64,000 bases of DNA from the human T2T-CHM13v2.0 reference genome, Homo sapiens, in the NCBI RefSeq assembly GCF_009914755.1, contig NC_060934.1; one strand, 5' to 3'. Below the pieces are notes generated by a model. That model was not told the DNA's origin and did no database searches. It was given only the letters and a program-made list of their open reading frames with translations. Positions within the stretch are counted from its first letter, which is position 1. The number at the start of each line of letters is the position of its first letter. Both the position numbers and the translations under genes were made by a program. Positions 52,601-64,000 of the stretch are shown one piece after another.

Positions 52601-55600
52601 GCTCACTCAGATGTTCATTTGCCCTAGACAGGGCAGATGTCTCATCCCTCCATTACCCATCCTCCCAGCTCTTCTCTCTGGAAGAAACATGATTCTTTTG
52701 CCACCTGAGCAAGGACTGCCTCCCCTACTCCCACCAAAAAAATAGGGAAAAAAGTGTTTACACATTAAAAGTCTTCCTTCTACCCCTTGCAAATTTTGAG
52801 CCAGTATCCTAAAGAATTGGTTATGCTACAGGATGAATTCACTCTGGTGATCTGGGTTAGAGAGATTTTATGTTTTGTTTTATTTTTTTGCTCATTCTTC
52901 CTAGTCACTAGGATTACAGTGAGTTTCCAAATGATTAACTGCAACTGAGAGAAAACCACAAATAAGCACTGCCCTGGGAGAAGGCCAGTGGGAAGAACAC
53001 TGGCTGGCTGCTGAGATAACAGGTGCTCCTCCAGTGATCTATTCAGCCAGCCCTTTGGAGGTGGTCAGTCGCCAGGTTTTATTTCAGTGATAAAAGAGAA
53101 GTGAATCTGGATCTATGATCAATAATTCATGCTGCCCATTGGGATTTAGCCTCCAATCTGAACCTTCTTTAAAGGGTAAACTATAAACCACACTAAATAT
53201 TTAGAAATGAAATTTTAGGATTATACATTTATAATTGCCAAAGCTGGAAAAGGCCTTATATAGGCCTTTATTATTTTATGAGGGAGGAACTTAAGGCCCA
53301 GTGTGGTTACATGTTTGGCCTAAGTTTACATGAATCTGAAGAAATAAGAAAGCAGATCTCCATTGCTAGCCTCTCTTTTAGCTTTCCTATTGCCTACTCA
53401 CTCATTTCAAAACTCATTTGATTTTTCTCTAAATTCCAAAAGAAATTAAACCTTACAATGAAGTTTCTCCTTTCTTTACATAAATATACAGATGTTGTAA
53501 GTTTTCTTTAAAATCCATATATACCACTGATTTTCTATTATTTGTTCATCTCTAAAATCCAGAGAATGCACTAAGAAACTGAATCAAGAAACCTATGGAT
53601 TTACACAATTAATGCCCAATGAATCCACTTTTGTCAGTGAGTATAACACTGTAAAGAGAAAGAGGAGTTCGTCACACAAATGATAAAACAGACCCCCTCA
53701 GTTACTCAGAAACAGATGGATAGAGCTAAACAAAAATCTTTCAAGATTACCTAACGTGTAAGTAATGGAGCTAGATTTAAACTTACGTTTCTCTGTTAGA
53801 GTTCATGTTCTTTGATTCACATCACATTAAAAGGCAAGAATTTATTTGTTGTGCAAAATCACCTTCTGTGATTCTTACTTAAGAAGGAATTTGACAGAAT
53901 GGTATCAATGAAGTTCTCCTAAATGGAGAAATGGAAAGAGGTGGTTTTTCCAGAACAGTATTACCAATTTCTGGAAAATACACATTTTAAATAATATTTT
54001 GTACTTTTGGAAACAGACAGAGAAGTCTAATGACTTAGGAGAATTAACAACAAAAATAGTGGTAGGACTAGCCTATAAGCCAGACATCTTACCTTCAGGG
54101 CCTGAATACTTTCCACCACATTCTGCCGCTAAGAGATGGAAAGAGAGAAGGTCTCATTTATTTTGACATTAGTGATTTATTCGCTAAATAAGCCACATTG
54201 TCTTCCTCATACAAGATAGTAGATCATAAAGGTGGACAGTTGTTACACAGCCAAACTCTGACAGCCACTGGTGCAACTCAGGAATCATGGTTTCCTCCCA
54301 CCTGCTCTGTTTCTTTGACCCAGAGAAAATACAAAAGGGACAGTAGTGAAAGAAACCCCACACTGGGCAAGGATCATGCCCTAGAAGTTTTCTGGTGGGC
54401 CTCATAGTGGGAGCTGGAGGCTTGGCTTCTTTGAGCTATTTTTTGGATGAATGGCCAAGAAAGAGAGGATTACTGTGCATTACTTGTCCCTTTTGAGCAC
54501 AGATCTACGTACTTACTGCAAATGTAACCTCTAAATGGTATCTGCACCTTGCAAATCCCAGGAATGAATTGTTTATTTTGGGGTAAATATGAGATTAAAC
54601 ATTTGTAAAGAGTTTTATGGAGTTCTGCCATACCTATCATCTCATTAAACCTGTGCAAGCCCCATTGAGTTACTATCCTAATGTTTTATATGAAGAATCT
54701 GTGTGGACTTGAAATTTGTCCTTATGTTTTCAATCTGTTTCTTACCAATCTGCTTCTCTCTTAATGACCTTTATTTACTCAAAGTTGCAGAAATCTGAAG
54801 AAAGCATTCAGGGGCCCTAAGTCTTAATATTCCATATGCAGATGCTGGGAATGGCTCTTGCTTTATAGATATACTTTCTTCCATGAGGAGGACACATCAC
54901 AGCAGAAACATGTGCTCCTCTTCTTACTGCAGATAAGAGGAATCTGCATTTGGACTGATGCTTCATCAATAAGTTTGTGTTCTTGACTGGTAACTTGTGA
55001 TCTATTATTTCTCCATTTGGTGTGGCAGTTGCCCAGCTGCAATGACCTCTTTGTGAAAGTCCTCAATTACCCTCCTTTATTCTTTTCAAAAAATTATTTC
55101 TACTTTAACCAATTCACTTCACGGGCTTTCATTTTTAAACAGGATGAGTTTTCTGTTTTAGACAAGGTATTCTGTGTACAGTAGAGAAAAATGATAGAAG
55201 CAGGAGACCATGACTCTATTAATGTGTCCATTAAGTGTAGCAGCCTTTCCATGCAACTGTACAGCCTATACATGTGAAAACTGGCACCTCAGCCCACACT
55301 GCTTCCTCTAGAGAACTTTGCTGTGCTTTATTTCATTACTGTTTCTCATTTCTATGATTCTAACACTACTGGTTCACCATAATTCTTACTAGATTTTTTT
55401 CTTATTGACAAACCAAAGTTGCTCCCAGCCCTCTGGCTTAGTGAATTCAGAGTTCCAAATTCAATCTGTAGACTACGTGGATTTTTGTGTGTGTTTATTC
55501 TTCATTCTTACCCCCTTCTTTTCACAATTTAAGATTCCCTTGAAAAGAAAGGATCTTTGTAACTAACACCTTACAATCCAGTATCCCCCAAATAGAGAAG

Positions 55601-57789
55601 GAGAGTTTGGGCCATTTCTTTTCCCCACTCTGGAATCATCAAGTTGTATGATTTGTATAGATTATGTTCCTTCTATGGATATTCTTCTAAAGAAACAGCA
55701 GATAACATGTACTGTCACACAGGAAGAAAGATCAGAAATCCAAAATTGAAATGGGCATGAGAGAGAATAAAATCAAATTCCTTCTATTTTACAAATAAAT
55801 AAATTTTGATGTTAACCTTAAGATTTTAGATCATGGAATCCATTGAGAATCTGATAAATCTACAGACAAATCTGAAGAAAATGTGTGTACACACTCAATT
55901 TTCAGGAATCTTAGAGACATACTAAAGCCCAATTACCCTTGCATAGGCCAAGTTTGACCAAGACTCAGTATAATTGGTGTTTAAATCATTAATTTTGGTA
56001 GTTTGTATGGAACACAAATTAGTTGTCTTATGTTTATCTTGCATTCTTCACTAGTCTTTTCAACCATATTTTATTAATATGTTTACATAAGCTGTACACA
56101 GAAAAAAAACTGGAAAGAAATGTACTGGAACATAAGCCAAATTTAAGATATAAATATTTTTGACTTTCTATAGATTATTTTTGAGTTTTTATAAATAGTT
56201 ACATATTAGGTTAAACAAGATGTTATGTTTAAAGTTCATATATAACCATATTTTTCAACCAGGATAAAAAGTTTTGCTCAACAGAAATTCTATTATTTAG
56301 TGTGTAAACAATCTTCATTTATGTCACAGCAAAACTGAGAAAATTGTAAATCAAAATTCTTAACCAGATACATCTGATGGTGAAAAATTATCAGGTTATT
56401 TTCCATGTTAAATAAAGTACAACCTAGAAAGAAAAAGCAGGCTCTCTACACTTGAATGATAAATGATCATAAATAAGAAATGTTATAAATGTACTGAATC
56501 ATGAAATAAAGCTATTATAATTAATCATGAAAATACATCATATCTGCTGTAGACAGATAAAGAAAAAAATGGTCTCAGCAAAATTCCAAGCTCAATAAAG
56601 AGTTTAAAAAGAGGCTTTAAAGGTAAGTGTTTACAAGTGACTTCATGTTCTCCTATTAAATAAAAAAAAACCTCTTATTTAATTCCACAGTAAAGATATA
56701 TAATAGTGCTCCATCAGGATTGACAGACTTAGGTTAAGTACTTCAGGAAGTCTCTGCAGGACAAATAAATGAGTATATATCACCATGTCAGAAAGTTACT
56801 GAATAAACCAGTGAATATGTTTCTCTTATCATGTTCAAGATAAAGAGGCAGAAAATGCTGAGAACTCAGGAATTTACAGCAATGGAGAATTTGTCTGAAG
56901 TAGTTCGTGAGACAGAGTCAAGATCTGGGTTCATTACTGGTAGGTCAGAGTCTGATTATGAAAACTCGTGTCCAAACCTGAGGTCTCCACAGAGGACTTG
57001 GTTGCTTGTATGTGTATGTGTGTTGCAGAGTTGGTGGGTCAGGGGGCGGCATGTGTTTTCATTACTGAGGCTTTTTATCATCAGAGAAAGTTTGTCATAA
57101 TCCTTGATCTGAACATGAGTAAAGGGTAAATTATCCAGGATTAAAAGCAAAACAATAACGTGAAAGAAGGTAAATTCAGGAAGCATATGTCATCAATTTG
57201 AGGTTGGGAAGTTACGGAAGAAAAAGTTCTGTTCTCAGCTATAGCATCAATTCACTGAATGGCCTTTGGGGACTCATAGAGTTGGAAGGTGGATTACATG
57301 TTGTACTTGTGATGCTTTCTATTGTGAGATAATCTCAACTCATAAGAATTTATGAAATAAAGAAGTGGGAGGGAGGTTAATGGCTTACAAAGTGCAAGTA
57401 AAAAAAAAAAAAATTGTGGAGGTGGGCCATCAGACACATCTGAAGCCAGAAGTCGGAGTGGTAGTAATGTGGCTCATTGCGGGTTCTCACTGCTCAGAGA
57501 AAACAACATTGGTCCATTCGAAAGAAAAAATAGAAATTTTATATTTTATGTTTTTTTAAAAAGCTATGATCTCAGGTGTGTCCCAGAATCAAGTAGGAAC
57601 GATGGATGGGATGAGTGACCTTTTAAATCCCGCATAGCTCTAAGAGTCCGTGACAGTCTGTAAGTTTTAGAATATCCAGAATGTTGGTTTTTTCTACTCT
57701 ATGAAGTTGGTTCCATTTCTTAATAGTAATATTATTATTATGTCAAGAGAGCTGTTTCAGTTTCCCTAAGGTAAATTATTAAGAGGCAG

Positions 57790-58050
57790 TAGTAATCTGT
57801 TGGATAATTGCATAAGGTTTGGCATCATAGTGTTCTGGATTCAGAATGTATCAAGCATTAATCAGTTATGGAAATTGACACAATTTATTTCACTTTCCTT
57901 AGCGCCAGTTACAGAATTTACAAAATGAGAATAATCATATTTATTACATCATAATTTTTGAATATTAAATGAGCTCATGAATATCAAGTACTTACTACAT
58001 ACCCACATATAGAAGGAGCTCAAAAACTATTACTGCTGTTACTATTATTA
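57790..58050 (+). mobile_element. MIR
   Basis: ttgacacaatttatttcac...aaaatgagaataatc...attaaatgag...gctcaaaaactatt. Confidence 0.7.
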
Positions 58051-59136
58051 TTGTTGGTTTTGCTGCTGATGATATTACTATTAGTACTACAATTTCTACT
58101 GTAGTAATAATATTGGTATCTCTTTTCACACAGCTATTCATTTACCACTACAGAGGGCTCAATGCATAATAACAGGAGAATATTACATATTGCAAGTTCT
58201 GGCAACAATATTTCCAAGACTGATCACTGCACCTTCCCTTGAATGATGGATACTACTACCCTCTGTCATTGATTGCATCACAATCCTGTGTTTTTACAAT
58301 ACAGTTTATTTGGTTCTATCCCTTTGTCAGGTCATTTTTTCATGCTTAGAGGTAATTTAAGTCATGCAAAGAAAGAAGTATAACACAAAAAATGCCTGTT
58401 TGTCTTTAAAATAACTGTACCAAATTTTAAATACCAATCCCCAGAGTGTCAATAGGAAAGATAAACACCACTTACCTAGTACTTTCAATTTTTCCATTTG
58501 ATCTGAACTGTAATCCTGTGAGATACCTATGATTTATATCACAACTATATAAATAAGACAGCTAAAGCTATAAATGGCACTTCTTTCCATTTGAATTCTA
58601 AGTGACTGGTAGAGCCAAATGTTGATTGTGAGCTGTTCTTTCCACTATAGTCTGTATTGTGTAATCCATTAATCTGGTCAGCAAATAATTTACCATATTC
58701 ACAATTCACCACATCTCACTCAATTTACATTTAAAGGGTTTGGTTAGAGCCCTCATTGGCTTAACAATTTCTCTCTCTTTCCTCTTGTAAGTATCTTAAG
58801 AACACAAAATAATGCCCTAGTTGCATCTATCAAGGAGCTAGATACTACTGAAGAAGAGAGAAGAGATATTTCTGGTGGTGGAAAGCCAAGGGGGATTTTA
58901 GATTTCAGGAACCTTGATTGAGAATGAGTTGGAAAAATAGGAGATCCAGGGGATTTTCCTTAGGTGAGCACATGGGTAGTCCTACAGCTCCCTTAATGAT
59001 CTAGAATTGAGGCCACAACATTCGTATGACAAACTGAAGTAGAGTAGAAAAGAGTAGCTACTCTCAGATTTTCAAAGTTCTATGGCTTATAATGCGCAAA
59101 TCAAGCTCAAATGGAAAGTCATGCTTTATACATTCT

Positions 59137-59138
<2 letters not shown>

Positions 59139-59190
<52 letters not shown>

Positions 59191-59202
59191 TGTATATATA
59201 TA
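59139..59202. repeat. Compound microsatellite (TC)17(TG)10(TA)5
   Basis: Seen directly. Confidence 0.95.
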
Positions 59203-60089
59203 CATATGTTAGGCTATAAGAGTAGAATAAATATTGGGGCTTAGATTCCTCCTTCCCTTCTATGATAGTGGTTTATTGATCCTTACTGATCTTCAAATAG
59301 GATAAAATAGAGGTTAAGTTTCAGGAAAAGACAAAAGAAGGATGCCTAAAGTTTGATAATGCGTAGTAGATACTTTCTCAACATGATGAGTCTGTGGATT
59401 TTCTTTAGAATTAGGGAATGGCTTTCAAGTTTTTTTTCTAATAAATATTTCCTTCTAATTGGGTACACTCTGGGAATATTTGATCGTTTCAGGATTTAGC
59501 ATCTTTTCTAAGTGGTTTACTGAAGTACCACTAATGTCCCAAAATATACAAAATGCACACATATCCTGCATCAAATCTCTTCTCTTACACATATTTTGTG
59601 CTTCTACTAAGGATCGTGCATCTGTGTTCACCTTTGAAATCCAAATAGCATGGCCTTCAAGAGCATGGTCATCCTTGCCAAGTGTTAGACACTCTTTGTT
59701 TTCTATTATAGCACCTGTCCTAAGACTTTAAATAAGACCTTTCTTTTTTTTTCAAATTACCATGGAAGTGTTAGGAATTTAAGTTTTGATATACACAATT
59801 TGTTTCTCCAGGTCACATCTGCTTGGCATTTAAAAATGAGCACAACAAACAAAACAGAATTTCTCTGGCTTTTACCCCTACATATTGTTGTGGACACTGC
59901 AGCAACCTCTGAACTCCCTAATTTACATCGGGAGTCTCCTTGTAAGGATGATGTTTTGAATGGGCTGACCGGATTTGTCCCCACAGGGCAGGGAGGTGGA
60001 ACATGGGCACTTTTATTGCCATTTTTAGCTGATGATGTTATCTGTGTGATAATACATATTTCCACAAGCCACATGGGTGTGGGGAGTGG

Positions 60090-60560
60090 GTACTGCTGCT
60101 CTCTAGATTGTAAGCATAGAGGGCCCTCCTATTGTCTCTATCATCTGGCCCCGCACACCTGATAAACTTCAATTCTCTCCATTCAGACCATGAACTCCAT
60201 GAACCTGCCATGTGAACTACTTAATGTTCCTCCACTGTGTCAAAATCTCTGTGGGTCTCACTTCTAGCTCGAATTTTCCTTTGCTTCCATTTGCTCTCTC
60301 ATTCTTAATAATTCTTGACTTATGTCCACAGTTATTTCCTTCCAGAGCCTTCCCGGGTTCTCCTAGACATGTTCTCTGTATTTTTCCCCTCAGGACTCTT
60401 GCTTCTACTATAAATGTCTGCTTAATGGTTTCCATTTCTGGATGGTGAGCTCTTGAAGACAGAATATGGTGTTAAACATCGTTTTATTATCTGTGTTTTG
60501 CACAGTGCTTAAGATGCAGTAAGTATACAATGAATACTTGCTGCATGAATAAATTAATAA
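60090..60560 (+). mobile_element. L2 3' end
   Basis: ggtgagctcttgaagacagaat...gcacagtgcttaagatgcagtaagtatacaatgaatacttgctgcatgaataaat. Confidence 0.7.
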
Positions 60561-61939
60561 ATTTCTAACTCAAATTCATTGTAATTTCTGATTGCACATA
60601 ATGTTTTGGCCAAAAAACATAATTTTAGACTTTTAAATTAACTACAAATCCTATCAAAACTAAAAGCAGAAAGAATAGTAGGGGTTTACTAAAAGTAAAA
60701 ATCAAAACAAAACCCGGTGGGAACTCAGAGTGGGAATGTAGTTAATCCACTTCTGTAAATATAGTACTATAGCACATATGTGAGGGGGCCAATTATTTAC
60801 TCACTGACTAGGAGAAATTCAGCAAAATTATCTGATGGAGCCATTCACCTAGTACACCCTAGGGACTATTCTATCCAGAGAAAAATGATCTGTGATAAGT
60901 GCAATTTCTATGTGTTCAATTGTTTTTTTCCTTAAGTGCATAGTTTCCCAGGCTCCTGGCCTTTCCAGCTCCTGGGGGAATTTCTGATAAAGTGACAATG
61001 TGGTCAACATATCCATCTAACCTCTTTGGAGATACACAAATAGAAATTGTACTGGAGTCCACAGCTCCATATTCTCATGAGTTGAAGAAGCTGTTGCAGA
61101 AATGGGTTTATAAATGTAAATACTAGAGCTGTCTTAGAATGTATCTGAAGCTTCTCTCAGCCCCATAACTTCGGGTAGCCTGAAAAAGTTTCCTATAGAA
61201 AGTGCAAAGTGCTTCCCAATGTCAACCTCTTAACCACATTGCTCTCTCACTCAATGATAAAGCTGGAAATCTCTCAACAAACCTTTTTACTTTTGTATTA
61301 GCAATCACAAAATGCAAGAGTTCCCTGAAAGCCACGGCGGGCCAATCAATGCTGAGCAAACCACAACAGGAATCCTGTGGGCTCTTGGTGGAAAGTAAAA
61401 GGCTCATTAAAAACCAGTCATTCCAAGATAAGAAGAAGATCAGATCAGAATTTAAAGATAACATCTTTTCATGGAAAACTGATATTATTGTTTTGAAAAG
61501 AAATATAATACTAATAAGTATACTCATTTAAAAAAAAAGAAGAAAGGAAGCTTTTCCATTAATGTAAAATCTGATGAAAGCTAAACCATGTCATTAAAGT
61601 ATAAAAGAGGCTGTGGAATGCATGAGACCTCTGAGTAATGTGTGGCATTGGTCCATGTCATGGCCTGGGAAACTTCTTGGTTCAGTCTTAGCCACCCGTC
61701 AGCCACAAACAACAATCTATAGCTTGTTGCATTGGCAGTATAAGGATAAGAAACTATGGCAATTAATTGAGGAGAGACGTAAGAAGAAAATAATTTATAT
61801 GGGCAGAGAGATCCAATCTTAGTGATTAAAACAATAAATAATAGCAAGAAATTGCTAGTATTTTTTGAGATTTTACTATCTGCTATCTCTGTGTTAAGCA
61901 CTTTCTATGTATTAGTTCATTTTAATTTTGAAGAAGCAC

Positions 61940-64000
61940 CGTTTGCCTTTCTCAGTTGGCCATAAAGATCACCTCTGTCTTATGTAGCCCTGAGTGTGAG
62001 CTGAGGGAGAGGCCCTGGTGCAACTGATGGATGACATGAAGGTGAGTGAACTGGTTGTGCAGCATAATTGGGCCCTGTCCCGGATGTGACATTTCCATCT
62101 CACAATAAATTGCTACTGGGTCTTCCTTTCCACCATCTCACAATGCTCCATTTTTACCAAGACCTAGTAACATGCTTTTTAGAGGAGTGTACAAATTCAT
62201 GCTGTGGTTGGCACAGCCTTGCTCCAGGACTCTAGAAAACTCTATTGTGGGTCTCCATTTGAAGCTCGTGATAAATTCCATGTGGCATCTTGTCCATCCT
62301 AGAAACTTTCAGTAACATAAGCTCTGGATGATCATGTGGTACAAATGACAGGGCTACCTGAACTGCAGCTTGAGCCTGCTTCACAGCTTTCTGTGCTCTG
62401 GGCTTCCCTCAAAGCCATCAGCCTTGTGGGTCACCTGGTACATGAGCTGTTGCAGTTTTCTTAGGAGTGATGCTTGCTGCCTCCAAAACCTGGAGAGCCC
62501 TACAAGGCGTTTTGCTTCCTGCATAGTTGAAAGAGATGTGAGATATAATAATGTGTTTTTTATTTTGGAGGGAAAGTCATAGCCTATCACAAATCATTGA
62601 CCTAAATATTTCATTGATGGAATGTACCTCAAACTTTGTAGAGTTTATTCCCATCCTTCTGGAGCACATGTATAATAATAAGGTCTCAGATATACTGCTA
62701 CTTTTGGCACATACAATGTAATAACATAATATCATCAAGACACTGTACAATGTAAATTTACTTGTACAATGTTCAAGTAAAATGTTCTATGGAGGGTCAG
62801 ATGGTCTAGATCTCTTCAGACTATATTACAACCGAAGGTGGGGAAGTTACATAGCCCTTTGGAAAGGATATAAATTAATCTACTGTTAACTTTTACATGA
62901 ATGAGAAAAGTTTATCTGTGCCCTTTCTGATAAGGATAGAAAAGGATATATTCCCTGGAGTAATTGAGGCACACATGTATCCTGAATGTATGTTAATCTG
63001 CTCTAGCAAAGATACTGCCTTACCACTGCAAATGGAATTGAGGCTACTATTTGGTTGAGTTTGTGGTAGTCCACTAATTTTTTCCTGGAATAAACCTAGG
63101 TTTTACAGGGACCAGATTCTTGGCGTAAATGAAGATGAAAAACACCACTGCTTAATCTTTTAAATCTTTTAGGGTGGCTCTAATTTATGCCACTCCACTC
63201 TCAATTTTATTGGCACTTTCTATTTTGACTAGAGGAGAAAATTGGCTTAAAAGACTATCATAGGATTTTCTACTGTAATTGTTCTTACCCCACTGTACAA
63301 GCAACAAATGTGGTGCTTGGGCTGAATTCAACAGTTCTTTTTATGTTTAGATATTCCTACCTCCCTAGTGTCTGGATAACAGGGTAAATCACAACATCCC
63401 TTCAGGGCAACTGTGAGAGTGTCGTTTCTATATACACATGCCACACTGTTGTGGAATCTTTTTCCTGGAGGCCTAGCCTTTCCTTCATTTGAAGGGTTCA
63501 GGATCAGGAAACTATCTTGGGTCTAGAAACTAACGAATTATGAATTTTTATTGAGGAAGTTGCCCTCAGACTCCTAAGTATTTGCCTTTGTTCTATTTGT
63601 ATAGAATAGTAAATACTATTGTTGATGGACAATCCTCCTTCTCCTAGAGATACAGAGCTCTGCTAACCATCCTCATGATCTCTACAGGTCAGATTCCTCT
63701 TACCGCAACTTTAGTCTTAGTGCTCATTATGATAATTCAGCCTGCCTTTTCTTTGGAACCTTGAATGCCACTACTTCATTCCTATGATTTCAGAGGTCTA
63801 TTATCACATTGCTATTAGTGAGGCCAGTTCCATACTGAGATCTTCTGGTGATACTGGTGCCTCTCTTACCAGCCCATTCACCCTTGCTTTGGTAACATAA
63901 TGCCCGCCAACACCTATTGAAGAATATAGCCATCTGGTGGTTATTCTGGCCTTACTTATTATGTTCACTATAACATATATTCTCCTCTAAATCATTTGAT
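61940..64000 (-). mobile_element. ERVL internal region (decayed gag-pro-pol), running off the window end
   Basis: ORF 62381-62590 (PSKIKNTLLYL...EAKRLVGLSRFWRQ...YQVTHKA) matches the ERVL RT thumb/connection; degenerate YxDD motif (CLDDIM) near 62725-62745. Confidence 0.88.

Noticed and set aside
56615-56630. Consensus splice donor AAG|GTAAGT
   Set aside because: No convincing upstream acceptor or exon identified; isolated donors are expected by chance in 64 kb
59757-61901. Several overlapping 100-120 aa ORFs in unique or L2-derived DNA
   Set aside because: No recognisable domains, mostly non-ATG starts, present on both strands; consistent with chance
62381-62590. Retroviral pol-like ORF
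   Set aside because: A short open stretch in a heavily decayed ERVL with a degenerate catalytic motif; no sign of domestication

Overview
AT-rich primate (human-like) non-coding DNA, intergenic or deep intronic, with well over half of it recognisable as interspersed repeats. These include Alu (Y, Sc, Sg, J), L1 of several ages (L1PA7/8, L1PB, L1MA, L1MB/ME, L1MC), MaLR/ERVL/ERV1 LTRs (a full THE1 provirus, THE1B/C/D, MSTA, MLT1, MLT2, MER50-like, MER67), an ERVL internal region, DNA transposons (Tigger2a, MER91A), L2 and MIR. I can support no host protein-coding gene, RNA gene, CpG island or CRISPR-like array. Every ORF in the track with a recognisable protein is a decayed L1, MaLR or ERVL remnant. 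I did not find a new biological system. The most unusual structures are repair or retrotransposition scars: (1) a ~171-bp copy of sequence from 1.57 kb upstream inserted inside an AluY, with microhomology and no TSD or poly(A); (2) an L1MA with a TSD-confirmed 5' inversion plus an internal inverted self-copy; (3) a deletion junction fusing an Alu stub to a 3'-less L1PB between inverted L1 arms; (4) a 38-bp tailless Alu head between TSD-like repeats; (5) a candidate non-coding exon. Subfamily names come from recalled consensus sequences, not from a RepeatMasker run, and boundaries of old repeats are approximate.
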